NCBI GenBank assembly: GCA_002633005.1
Contig: NMRA01000002.1
Location: 3,075,181 to 3,139,180, forward strand
DNA: 64,000 nucleotides
Source: Phoronis australis
Lineage: Eukaryota > Animalia > Phoronida
Direction of reading: 5' to 3'
Below, piece by piece: positions 13,834 through 26,757 of this stretch. How positions within the stretch are numbered: the stretch's first letter is position 1; each line of letters begins with the position of its first letter. Under the pieces are notes generated by a model. That model had not been told where the DNA came from and ran no database searches. It saw only the letters and a program-made list of their open reading frames with translations. The position numbers and the translations under genes were made by a program.

Positions 13834-14064
13834 GGAGGTTATACGTGCTGTGTGCCTGGCTGCTATAATACCAGTTAGCGAGATAAAGAATTTAGTAACT
13901 ACCTGTTTCCCAAGGATCAAGAACTGCGTTAAACATGGGTCAGACACATCGGTAGAGCTTGTAGCAAAGGCCGACTTAGTGAATTCTTTCCGACTTCGTA
14001 CTGCAGCGCTCATTTTGAGGGCGGCAAGAAAACGTATCTTGGAAACTGCCCAACAATATTTCCC
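13834..14064 (+). pseudogene. Decayed THAP zinc-finger domain (transposase N-terminus remnant)
   Basis: One frame reads [39 protein letters not shown]...YCSAHFEGGKKTYLGNCPTIFP: C-x4-C, FP, W, CSxHF and PT.FP THAP motifs, with stops at 13876 and 13930. Confidence 0.85.
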
Positions 14065-15714
14065 TTGAAAGAAACAGTAACAAATACTCCACGGCGGTTG
14101 GTAGTGAAAAAAATTGTTTTCGCTTGGCCAGAACCAAGCCAACATGAGCAATTTTGAGGATAATCACGGCCTCTGCACAATCACCTGTTCTGGGTCGACG
14201 TACGCACATATGCATTAACGCGCTAAGATAAAGCGTGCAGAATATTATTATTTACTTTATATAAAATTGTGGTGCATTGCTATCAAAATTCGTTGTCAAA
14301 TTACGATCATTTTTCAGAAAATTGTGCTGAAATCCCAGGGCGAAATCTCGCCGACAAATGCGTAGCTGCCGGTCTCGCAATCGTCGATGGGGCTTGAATT
14401 CTTGAATGAGAATACAGCTTCGACTCAACAAATTACCTGAAATCCTCCTCAAGTTTTCCAAATAGCGTGTCTAAGATTTTTAAGTTCTTGTGGAGTCTGG
14501 ATTAACTGCAGATTAAGTCCAAATCTGCGCTAGATTGTAGCCCACAACACGAGAACAATCTCTGGAGGAACACACGTTGTTGTCACGTGACGTTTGGTTT
14601 TGAAGTTTGTATGCGTGTGTGTGAGAGTAAGCGTGCGTGTGCTTGTCATCAGAGTTCATTTGCCAGAGTAAATGCGATATAATGATCTAGGTGTGCATTG
14701 CATCCAAAGCAAGCAGTCAAGCAGAGCGTGTTTTAATATTTAGCTTAACACTTGCTGGCCTCATCTGCTAAAAAGCGTTCGAGAATTGTTTCAGTAAGAC
14801 CGATACGTCACTCACTGAGTCACCGGGTGAGTGGATGCGTGACCGTAGTGTAACAGCTATTTTCCGGAAGATTCGGGGTGTAAGGGTGCGAATGTGTTCA
14901 CTATCAGTGGGTCATTTTGACTTTAAAAACACCAATTATGATTAGTTAAATAATTTCTCTTAAAAATAATGCAAAAGTTTTTTACGGTATTAGAAACTTT
15001 CGGAAATTAGTGCCAATATTTATTTCTTGCAGATGCTATGTTACCCGTTTCATGAATAGATAGTTCCCGACTAAATGTCTTCGATGACAGCCGGTACATT
15101 ATGCAGCGCGCTTCTTGGCCGCGTGCTAACACTGGTCGAGTTTTTTTATTAGTCTTCGATTCACGGTTTTCACGTGTACAAAGAAGTTTGGATTCCTGTT
15201 GAGACCGGAGGAGATCTGTACCGGAAAGAAGCAATGCAATCCCGCTGACAAGTACGCTGCGTCTGTTTTCAAAGTCCAGACCCGCGTAGTGGGGTACATT
15301 CCTCGCAAGAGCATCAAAACTTTTGCGTTCTTTTTGCATCGCGGCGTACGTTTGGAGTGTATACTGACATAACGGTGAGGCTCGTGGTCTACAATTTCAG
15401 GACTGTCGGATCTTTCATTTGATAAACTGGAGACGTTAGAACTGTTAGTAAGGCATTTTTCGCATGTAGTTCATGTGCTGGGCGCTTACTTTAGCAAAGT
15501 CTGGAAACTCGTTGGGGCACTTTTTGGGGCATGTACGCTCATTATGGCGAATAGCGGCAGAATTACATCGAGCAGCGTAGTTTAATACACACAAATCACA
15601 CGTCGTGCAAACCAATCGGCCATTTCATATACCCCAATCAATCCCAATAGCCTTTGCGAACCTTAATTTCCGGACATGCGCAATCGTTAAATCGATTCGG
15701 TTGCAACTCCGCTA

Positions 15715-16830
15715 CACAGGCGCTGGGGTTTATCGCAAATGACGTCACTCAATAATATATATAAGAAAACATAAAGGTTGGACACTTAAACGTTGCCAAG
15801 CCGAGGCTCCCAACTTCAACCGTCCAAAATACAAATAAAATCTGCGTGCACCTCCCTCAGTCTGGTGTTGCATAAACCTCCGAAGCCTTATCTTTCCTAG
15901 ATCCCATTAACTGTCTTCGTGAGTGGTGACTTGGCGATGGAATTTCTAAAACAATCTCAAAACTCTGAATTCAAGGACCTGAAATAGTAAACATGGCGGA
16001 TTTCAGTTGTGCTTCAACTTGTACGCCTGTCGTAGGTGAAACTTCGAGTTTGAGCAAGCAACCTGTATTTCAAATTCAATAACTCTAATCCAAAACTCAA
16101 CCAATTGAGAATGTTAAAGTTAGTATTTTAATGATTATTTGTAACTTTATTCCACTGACGGCTCATTTTAGCCCTTAACTTAGAATTTTATTGCATAAAC
16201 TGGCGTATCTTGTTTCTCATCTTGACATCACGCACTTTTTTGATTGAAGCACAACACACACTCGGCCAGGAAACGCAGTCCGTGCAAGTATTACAATGCG
16301 CGTGGCCGACGAGTTAACTCAATGCTTTTGGCCAAAAGTAAAACCTTCATAAGAAATCACAGTACACAAAAAACTTCGCATATCAATACAGTATCAGGAT
16401 AATTTATATTTGACACAAATATGTGAGTAATTACATTTATTTGGCAATAAAGTGCTCTCTGCTTCTCATGATCAAGTAGTCGATGGATTGACGGCGAAAT
16501 CCGCGCGAAATTAGACTTTCGGATTTAGCTCGGGAGCGTCTGTCAAAACCCGGATGTGCGAAGACCGTCTGCCATGACATCACGGAATTAGGTCCTTGAA
16601 TTTGTGATTTTGGCATTCTTTTGGCATTTTTGTAGCCAAATTACCACTTGAAGGCAATTTGAAGACATAGAATGAAAGAAAGTATTCTAAGAGTTGTTCG
16701 ATGCTAGTTTCGTGGAGTTCCATGCACATTTGAGTAGAAAATTCTGAGCAAACAGATTTCGAGTGTCCAACCTTTATGTTTTCTTATATATTATGAGTGA
16801 CGTCATTTGCAATAAACCCAAGCGCCTGTG
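15715..16830. mobile_element. Non-autonomous DNA transposon with ~73-bp TIRs and perfect 8-bp TSD (P- or hAT-type)
   Basis: cacaggcgctggggtttatcgcaaatgacgtcactca...aaaggttggacact / agtgtccaacctttatg...tgagtgacgtcatttgcaataaacccaagcgcctgtg; TSD ctccgcta at 15707-15714 and 16831-16838. Confidence 0.92.
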
Positions 16831-18103
16831 CTCCGCTATTGCGTACAACAAAGCTTAACGGTGAATCAGTATTTCTGGATGCAATCTGAAAGGCGGTGTA
16901 GCGTTACCTTAGGCTATACATGCAGTACATACACATACAGAAGATCATTGTGTGTATTACCTGTTTAATTTACGTCATTAACCGCATTCCCAGATGTTCG
17001 ATAGACGCCACTAGCTGCTGTCTGTTGGCCAAGAGACATGACCTATTATTTATAAAACAAATCCAAGTTCGCGTTGACACAAACTAGAACTTCTTGCTCT
17101 CCACTCAGAATTAAACTTTTGTGGTAAAACTTTCTTTACTGTATTTCGTAAGGGTAGTTCAGTGAATACTTGTCCCGATTTGGCGAAAAATCCTGCTCGG
17201 CGTTACAAACCAATCACGTGCTAGTATCTTAAGCTACGAAACGGAACGGAACCCAGTGTTCTTACTCATCCCTGTGTCGCTCTGTTGGATTGAACGCTTC
17301 CACCCCACGGTACTTCTCATTATTGCATAAACGAGCAATTCTCTCTCAACATCACTTGAATACATTAATTAATGCTTGTATTCAGGATGATTGGCATTAC
17401 GAACACGAAAAGTAACCATTCACACATGCCAAGAGGAAGACATCTGTGCCTATAAGGGATGTTCAGGCACATGCGAAACATTCATTCGAATGTAAAATTC
17501 TTTCCCATTGCCAAATACGCGCGCGCAGTAAGCAAATCGTTAATTTGACCAGACTAGTCCACGACCGGTAAATTATTTCGCTTCAATGATGTTTCTGGTA
17601 ATCATTTTACAATTACAACACCTTGAGTTTTGAACACTATCTTCTTTTAGCGCTGTTGTTCGGCCCCTTCCGCCTAGTGCACGTGCTTATTTGCGCGTCT
17701 CTTCAATTAATGGTGTACGAGACTTTCAAAGGGGCCCAAGGTCTCAGTTTTTACGTAAACATCTGGCCCTCTCGCCACAATTTCACTTCAATCCACATGT
17801 ATATGTCATAGCAACATTCACGACAATTGACAAACACGACTCACTGACTCCTCGTCAGAGTACCGTTTCTGGCAGTCAGTGACCCGCGTTTGCGAGCCTG
17901 GAAAGTTACGAGTTTTGTGTCAGCCGTGTTTTGTAAGCCCTGCACCGTGTTTGCGGTCGAGTCGTGTTTGTGAGTGGGTGAACTGTGTTTACGAGGTGTG
18001 TTACAAATGAATGAACCGTGTCTGGCCCTGTTCACACCAAATCGGCTGTAACTTTTAAATTTCGAAGTTGCAACTGTAACGCGATTAGAACTCTCTGTGA
18101 GAG

Positions 18104-18353
18104 CATGCGCGCACCCAGCCTTTAATATGGGGATGTGGGGCTCGAATGTCTGACGATGTGGACCTTTTGCCGAGAAAAAAAGCGGCGTGACTAAAAAAAC
18201 CGAGTACCACTTCAGAACTGTGACTAACTGTGCGCTTTTTAGTGGACTTTTTGTCTCGTTTTCTCGAGTTCTTGTTTCTCTCGGGCGGACCTTTTTGCCC
18301 ATTTCGCCAAATAGGGGGCTCGTTGGAGCCCCCCCCCCCTGAGTGCGCGCATG
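18104..18353. mobile_element. Small MITE with 15-bp TIRs and 5-bp TSD
   Basis: catgcgcgcacccag ... ctgagtgcgcgcatg; TSD gagag at 18099-18103 and 18354-18358; right end deleted in duplicate copy 2. Confidence 0.8.
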
Positions 18354-18702
18354 GAGAGTGGCATAGCGAAGGGTTAGTAACCGTTGTAACTCAGTGTGAA
18401 CACGGCAGTTGTGAACTCACCGTAAGTGGGCGCTGCTGTCAAATCTTGCTGGCAACAATGGGGTATAGAGGCACAAACTAGGGTGAATCGGCCGGAAAAC
18501 GATAGCACTGACTATGATAGCAACTAAAACTAAAGATGCAATAACTATAGTGAAACAAAATAATATCTTTGCTAAAACCACTAACTAGGGTTGGAACAGT
18601 TTTAACTGTTGGTGAGATGCCATAGCAGTTACAACTAAAGAATGTTACAACTTGATTACTTGGTACGGACACAGGTTACGAATGAAGCAGCCGTTGGAGG
18701 TA

Positions 18703-18840
18703 ACCTGGCTTGCATTCAATAACATTAGGACCTACGATAGGACCTAGCTAAAATCTAGCCAATGTCACGTAATATCTCACTTAATCTCGCGAAATCTTGC
18801 TTTTAGCTAGGTCCTTAGTGTTTATGAACGGGAGCCAGGT
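18703..18840. mobile_element. ~150-bp MITE family (taggacctagctaaaa type), copy A
   Basis: acctggc...gccaggt termini with inner IR aggacctagctaaaa / ttttagctaggtcct; related copies at ~21225-21370, 29526-29674, ~48788-48940. Confidence 0.8.
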
Positions 18841-19736
18841 GTCCATCCTTCACCTAAAGGATCAGTTTATCGTTGATTGGCTTAAGTACCCGACGAAGCC
18901 GACGACATTTTGGAACGAGTAATTAATTACTTATAACTGGCGTGTGGCATTATCTTAGGGTCAGGACCGTGAAAAAACCAGTTGCCATTTAAAACGTGAC
19001 TATGGTTGATAAAATCTAATTTAATATTGGCTGGACAATATTAACCTTTTGAGAAAATACTGTATATTTATTCCAGCTCACCGTTGTTGTTGCCGGGACT
19101 AAACACAGCCAGAGAAAGTCAGCACTAAACTTAGATAGAAAATTTTCTTTGGGACAAGCCTCTATCTCTTCCTGTCTTTTACAAATATCTGTTATAACCA
19201 ATAACAAAACCTGTTGAACTGTATCAAACAAACAGTTTGTTTGGTCACGTAAAATATCCTTTATCAACTTTGTGGTTTTCCTTTTGCTGACGTAAAAATG
19301 ACACACATGGTTTTTTACGAAACTTGTACATGGAATGTCCGCAAAAACACACTGCCAAATACAGGTCCATGGTTTACTTTTTGGGCCACAGATAAACATT
19401 TCTATGGTATGAAGGTAATTCCAAAATGAACGTTGACAGCAAGTGTCAAACAAAAACAAGGTTAGAACACACTGTAGTTTAATAATTCAATCAGCACGCA
19501 TTTGGCTTATCTACAAAATAAACGTAACTAACTGTATCCTTGTTATCACAAACTCTCTATACCACACTGAGGTAATGGTCCTCATTGCATGTCGATGTCG
19601 CCGGCACATTTTCCCTCTATAGGCCCCTTGGTTAGAATAACCCCGGGATTGTATTTGGGGTGGAAACTACTAGACCGGCTAAACTTGTTCCGTTTTCAAA
19701 ATTTACTCTCCGGAGCTTACTGTCAGAATTTCCTAT

Positions 19737-20143
19737 CAGGGCCCGGTCTCCAATCTTTTTACTCGAAATGGAACTCGAAATTAGGTTTGGCATTTTCTAC
19801 TCTACTTTTGGGCGAACTCAAGATAAGTGTTTATTATTCTATGGTCGAGTACACAATAACTTACGTAGATAATTTATTGCCCTTAGTTCACAGTTTGTAA
19901 ACCCAATATTAAAGCAATAAGTTCGAGTTTGAACTCGAAATTTCGAGTTTTTACTCGAGTTTGTAGCACGAATATAAGGGTCTTCAAGGGCAAACTTGAA
20001 CTAGAAACTCCTATGCATAAACTATAATGTATTCGAGCACAGTCTGATAACCAATTATCTTAAGTTCGCACAAAAGGAGCAGAGAAATTGCCAAAAATAG
20101 TTTCGAGTTCGTTTCGAGTACAAAGATTAGAGACCGGGCCCTG
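19737..20143. mobile_element. ~407-bp MITE with ~43-bp TIRs
   Basis: cagggcccggtctccaatctttttactcgaaatggaactcgaaa / tttcgagttcgtttcgagtacaaagattagagaccgggccctg; internal aactcga/tcgagtt motifs; absent at the matching site of copy 2 (22251). Confidence 0.88.
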
Positions 20144-20144
20144 N

Positions 20145-22251
20145 GATGTTCAGGCACATGCGAAACATTCATTCGAATGTAAAATTCTTGCCCATTGCCA
20201 AATACGCGCGCGCAGTAAGCAAATCGTTAATTTGACCAGACTAGTCCACGACCGGTAAACTATTTCGCTTCAATGATGTTTCTGGCAATCATTTTACAAT
20301 TACAACACCCTGAGTTTTGAACACTATCTTCTTTTAGCGCTGTTGTTCGGCCCCTTCCGCCGAGTGCACGTGCTTATTTGCGCGTCTTCTCAATTAATGG
20401 CGTACGAGGCTTTCAAAGGGGCCCGAGGTCTCAGTTTTTACATAAACATCTGACCCTCTCGCCACAATTTTACTTCAATGCACATGTATATATGTCATAG
20501 CAACATTCACGACAACAAACACGACTCACTGAATCCTCGTCAGAGTACCGTTTCTGGCAGTCAGTGACCCGCTTTTGCGAGCCTGGAAAGTTACGAGTTT
20601 TGTGTCAGCCGTGTTTTGTAAGGCCTGCACCGTGTTTGCGGTCGAGTCGTGTTTGTGAGTCGGTGAACTGTGTTTACGAGGTGTGTTTACAAATGAATGA
20701 ACTGTGTCTACTAATACCCTGTTCACACCAAATCGGCTATAACTTTTAAATTTAGAAGTTGCAACTGTAACGCGATTAGAACTCTCTGTGAGAGCATGCG
20801 CGCACCCAGCCTTTAATATGGGGATGGGGGGGGGGGGGGGTTGGNAATGTCTGACGATGTGGACCTTTTGCCGAGAAAAAAGCGGCGTGACTAAAAAAAC
20901 CGAGTACCACTTCAGAACTGTGAACTGTGCTCTTTTTAGTGGACTTTTTGTCTCCGAAATCTCGCTGGCAACAATGGCGTATAGAGGCACTAACTAGGGT
21001 GAATCGGCCGGAAAACGACAGCACTGACTATGCTAGCAACTAAAACTAAAACTAAAGATGCAATAACTATAGTGAAACAAAATAATATCTTTGCTAAAAC
21101 CACTAACTAGGGTTGGAACAGTTTTAACTGTTGGTGAGATGCCATAGCAGTTACAACTAAAGAATGTTACAACTTGATTGCTTGGTACGGACACAGGTTA
21201 CGAATGAAGCAGCCGTTGGAGGTAACCTGGCATGCGTTCAATAACACGAGGACCTACGATAGGACCTAGCTAAAATTTAGCCAATGTCACGTGTTCTCAT
21301 TTAAAATACACCGTAATATCTCACTTAATCTCGCGAAGTTTTGCTTTTTAGCTAGGTCCTTAGTGTTTATCTTTGATTGCTTAAGTACCCGACGAAGCCG
21401 ACGACATTTTGGAACGAGTAATTAATTACGTATAACTGGCGTGTGGCATTATCTTAGGGTCAGGACCGTGAAAAAAACAGTTGCCATTTAAAACGTGACT
21501 ATGGTTGATAAAATCTAATTTAATATTGGCTGGACAATATTAACCTTTTGGGAAAATACTGTATATTTATTCCAGCTCACCGTTGTTGTTGCCGGGACTA
21601 AACACAGCCATAGAAAGTCAGCACTAAACTTAGATAGAAAATGTTCTTTGGGATAAGCCTCTATCTCTTCCTGTCTTTTACAAATATCTGTTATAACCAA
21701 TAACAAAATCTGTTGAACTGTATCAAACAAACAGTTTGTTTGGTCACATAAAATATCCTTTATGAACTTTGTGGTTTTCCTTTTGCTGACGTAAAAATGA
21801 CACACATGGTTTTCTACGAAACTTGTACATGGAATGTCCGCAAAAACACACTCTCAAATACAGGTCCATGGTTTACTTTTTGGGCCACAGATAAACATTT
21901 CTATGGTATGAAGGTAATTCCAAAATGAACGGTGACAGCAAGTGTCAAACAAAAACAAGGTTATATGATAAACAGAACACACTGTAGTTTAATAGTTCAA
22001 TCAGCAAGCACTTGGCTTATCTACAAAATAAACGTAACTAACTGTATCCTTGTTATCACAAACTCTCTATACGACACTGAGGTAATGGTCCTCATTGCAT
22101 GTCAATGTCGCCGGCACATTTTCCCTCTATAGGCCCCTTGGTTGAGAATAACCCCGGGGTAGTATTTGGGGTGGAAACTACTAGACCGGTTAAACTTGTT
22201 CGTTCCGTTTTCGAAATATACTCCCCGGGGCTTACTGTCGGAATTTCCTAT
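20145..22251 (+). repeat. Tandem segmental duplication, copy 2 (likely alternate haplotype)
   Basis: Starts immediately after a single N (20144); colinear with 17458-19736. Confidence 0.95.
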
Positions 22252-23223
22252 CGGGGTCCCAAGACTACCGGAATAACACTTGCATAGTCACAAAGGAATA
22301 CGTAAAATAACGGATATCCGGCGGTGTGACAATGTGGAGTCAGAATATTATGTTCGAATTCGAACTCTAGTACATTAGGATTTGCACAGATGAGCACCTA
22401 ACCAAAGTTCACTCATGATAAACAAAGCGTTGAAGCTTAAGCAGCCTCCCCCCCCCCCAACTAGGCGGGCATAACGTACGTATGTCTATGTGAACTTGCC
22501 GTCGTCGGGACCTCTCGCGACATCATAGATCCGCTAGTATGACGTTTAATCAAGCTACTAGAACTCATGTTTCTGGCAAACTCGACAGTTCGAGTCAGAT
22601 TAAAAAAATCATAATGTACTCAAGCACAAAAACACTTACATAGATTTCATAGACCAAACGTGTGCTCGTTACTGACAGGCTTTGTCCGTTTGATCATCCA
22701 CGTGGGTTGAGTGCATAAGTATGCATTATCAATGATATTTTGGAACGGCACTTCATGTCGACACCTGCATAGAAATGCATTTACCAACACCATGTCCTAT
22801 GTCATGAATAAAATGCTCATAGCTGAATAGAATACACGAATTTATCCATACAACACTTCAAAAGTTGTTCGGCGCATTTTCACGAACAACAATTTTCTTG
22901 CGTCAATGTGTTCATCTTTAGTTTTTCTAGTATTTTGCTAGACCAGTGACCCTCAACTTCAATGTGATTTCCGAATTCAGGCATTATGTCCAACGACGCA
23001 GTACACTGGTAATAGTTGCCCACCCCAAACTAAATCAGTCAAAAAGTAAGCATGAGTGGCACGCTATTTCCGGGAAGGCGGTAGAGCGGGAACATATCCC
23101 CACCCGTAGAGGAACATATACCCACCCGTCTGTTTACCCGAGCCGGCTCGGCATTTCTGGAAATGTTCAACTCATCTTGCACGGTAGTCTAGCGTTCAAT
23201 TTCGTTCTAAATGCTTATTCAAA

Positions 23224-23441
23224 TACGAGCACAGCCCTAGAAATCGCGTTCGTATTATAACCAGGCTCTCATCCACTCCCTTGATAACATTCACTAGTAA
23301 GACCCAGCTCAGGGGAGTAGGAGGAGACACCTTTGGGCAATGCTCGATTGTCTGCCAGTAAAGTCAGAATTTGAATCTGAGTCTCCCAATCGGGAGTCCG
23401 TAGCTCAAACCACTGAGCCACACTGTCTTCTCCTGTCTCCC
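23224..23441 (-). mobile_element. tRNA-derived SINE with 15-bp TSD
   Basis: Minus strand has A box TGGCTCAGTGG and degenerate B box GATTCAAATTC; flanked by aaatgcttattcaaa at 23209-23223 and 23442-23456. Confidence 0.8.
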
Positions 23442-26400
23442 AAATGCTTATTCAAAAGAGATTACCCCTCTAAGGCGCTTCTGCTTTTCGCCAAGTCTTC
23501 GATTATTTAACGCCGGGTTTGATCAGCACTACACATTGCCAGCGTCAACCCTTTTCGTAGCACCCAGCAACAAAACTGATGAGTTCGTCACATCGATTTT
23601 AGTTACCATTGACCGCAAGCAATTTTTATCAATCGGCGATTTATAACAGTCAAATACATTAAAGCTAATAACTTCAAGAAGCCAATCCTACTCATGCAAA
23701 AATGACTCCCGAAAATTAGTTTATTCTTCCGTACAACCGATTGTGTCCGTTGACAAAGGATCGCCTTATTCATTAGCTTCACATGACGAATGTAACGTCC
23801 TCATTGCGGTTGGTTGTTTCGCCATGTTTTCCACATTTTCGTATACCAATTTTTATGAGGAAGTAGACTACCGCAGTAACCCTAGACACCTTCCCATCTA
23901 AAGAGAACTTTTTGCATATTCCAGAAAATTACTGTGAACAGTCATTATTTTGTTTTGCATTGATCGGTCGCAATTTCCGCAGTCCGTATATCAATCTCAT
24001 TTCTGCACTTCTATATTGTTGAAAATACAAAGGGTGCGTACATAATGCCATGGGAAAACGATGAATTGTCTACGTCATTCGACGCTTTGCACCCCTTGTG
24101 GGCGAGACTGGAGCACGGCATTGCATCCTCTAACTGAATTAAGTTGAGATAGCCACGTTCCGACCGAGAACGAGTAGTCGGCTTCGTGGAAACCGTGTAG
24201 TACCATACGGACTCTATGTCTATGGATAATAGACAACCAAGCTCCTGACTTTATTGACTTCCTTATTTGGGTGAGTTGAGTGAGTTGACTCGCCTCATAG
24301 GTGGCGATAGTGTATCATACAAAATGCCTTAGTTCGTAACGAATACATAAAACGCCAGTTGCTCGTTATTTTGTTGTGACTCAGTACATAATGAATTATT
24401 CTATATATCATGTCAGCAGGCAAATGTACAGTTCTGCTGTTTTATGCATGCAATATGACTTGAAACCTAGATTCGCTGATTGCAGGATAAAGTTTGCTAC
24501 GAAGAAGGCAAGAAAACGTCTGAATAAACATTTCGGTAAAAGATGTAATTTGTTAAATCAGATACCACAATTCCAACTACTTTTCATCCCTTGAGTCGCG
24601 CAATTACTAAACACGGACGTGAATTAGCGGGTAATTTATCGATAAAGTTTCTATTTCTGAAAATGTATCGAAACAAGTTCAATGACCTCTTGGCTTCATC
24701 ATAACTCATTACACGCGCATACACCATATACACGCGCAATCAACTCTTGTCGTCTGTCAGCCGCTAGCATTAGTTATATTATGGTGATGGAATGACTGAG
24801 GCTGTGAAAACATACCGCATAACATTGGCCACATGTGGTTGGTGTGTATGTAAACGTTAACTTGAAATTCCTAATACTACAAACTTTCATGAATTTGTTT
24901 ATGGATGATTTGAATGATCGACTAGAATTTATGATACGCTATAAGACGATTGCATATATGTGTGCAGAGCTAAAGGGCCATCGATTTTTTTACAAATATA
25001 TGAAACAGACAAAAATCAGAAAATGGTGGAAAATACATGTTGAGCTTAGCAATATTAACAAAATCAAATTTCTTTAGGATATTTAGGGAACCCGGTTATA
25101 TTTTGCCTGCTTTTACCTTCCTCTAACAACGACGAATCAAATCGTGTGCCATGATGTACTCTCAGATTTTGATCTGATGACGTCACTTTACATTTAGTAA
25201 TGAGCCAAAATGCCAGCCAATGAGCCAAGTGAATGCTATAGTTGACATGAGACATAAGACATAAGTAAAGCCAGGTTTTATAGGCAATCAACATTATCTC
25301 TCAAGAGCTATTTTCTGACAAACATGAGCTCGCGACTGCAGAAGAAATAGGCCTATGTTAACGCGATCGTAATTTCGACGTGTGCAGGTTAATATTTGAT
25401 GTGTAATTCCAGCGTGATATGTGTGACACTAAATTCTAGTAGTACCCTTTCAGTTTCCGGACCTTGAAACAGGATTGGTTTACTGACTATCCAAGAGGTA
25501 ACTACCTTCTCTGGCGGGTCTGTAAATAGTTATTTGCAGACAGGTTACGAGTCTGATAGAACATCGCAGCATGCCCGTCACGTTTTCCCGCCAAATCACT
25601 ATCTCCCACGGGGAATACCTTTATGAGTTATAACCCAACAGATATTTATCGTTCTTGCTTTTATTGGGGATAAAACTTATTCTATATTCTTCTGCCTTCT
25701 TCCAAAAATAATTTTTAATTTAGGCCATTCACTTTAAATGTCGACCTCACCTTATTCTTTACTGAGATTAGAAACTATTTCTGGGCTTGGGAGCAAGTGA
25801 CAGGTCGTTATTAGAAACCTTGTTCACAAAATTGGCAAAATACCTAATCTTCATTCTCGGGGAAATTCAAATACGACATATTTAGTATGTATCGAGAAAA
25901 AATACTTTGTTGAACCGCCATCAACCGCGTGGAAATTAGTCTACTAGCAAGAAGCCGGAAATGTAGTGTTCTTATTTAGACAAAACGTGTCGACTGAATT
26001 AACGTTGAGTGTGACTGTACGCGAACATCAGAAAAAGTGGGAAAATGACACATCACTGGCGTTTTTGATATATAATTTATTTGAAAACCTAGGTGAACTG
26101 ATTACTAACTGAAATCCTTAAGTTTTAGTTTGAAAACCTAGCAGCTTCTATAAAATTGTCCCTCTTTCATTTTGGAGATAAAATTTGATCGGGGATAACG
26201 CCAAAAATACCAGTTGAAGAAAATTACTTAACGTTTCTAGCATGAATCTTTCAATCCTACTTTAGTCAAAATACGCAAAAACATTAATAGAAATTTCGTT
26301 GCAAACATCTCATTTAAAAATACGTTTTAACTTTGACTCTTAAGCGGTTATTGTGCTGAGAGTATAGGTGAAATTCAAGTGCTTGTGTACGGAGTAGGCA

Positions 26401-26757
26401 ACATTCCACAAAAAAGACATACTACGTCTGAAAGAGGGTTCCTTGATGTATCATTTGATGTAAAGATATTTGTGGATCGTAACCTGTGCACTCCGTAGCC
26501 ACCCACTAAGCAAAACCACTGCCGCCTAATGTCCGCTGCACGTCAGAAGATGAGTTAACCGTAATTTTCATAGAAAACTAATGAAAATTATTGATTATCA
26601 GTCCGTAAACAAACTTGAAATAAGTAAATCGCTTGGGTGTTGGTCTTGCGCTAGTTTCAGACCAATTTTAGCATGAATTCAAGATTTGGAAGCGTTTCAT
26701 ACGAAAACACACAGTGTCACCCGGTGTTTGATTTCATTGCCTCGTCTTGTCTTGTAA

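Larger units (their letters stand above)
17458..19736 (+). repeat. Tandem segmental duplication, copy 1
   Basis: Begins gatgttcaggcacatgcgaaacattc and is colinear with 20145-22251 with scattered SNPs and indels. Confidence 0.95.

Noticed and set aside
15007-15339. 110-aa minus-strand ORF in a CpG-richer patch
   Set aside because: No recognisable motif or convincing splice context
17841-18302. 153/154-aa ORFs (also 20526-20990)
   Set aside because: Read through repeat-derived sequence, differ by frameshifts between the copies, no domain
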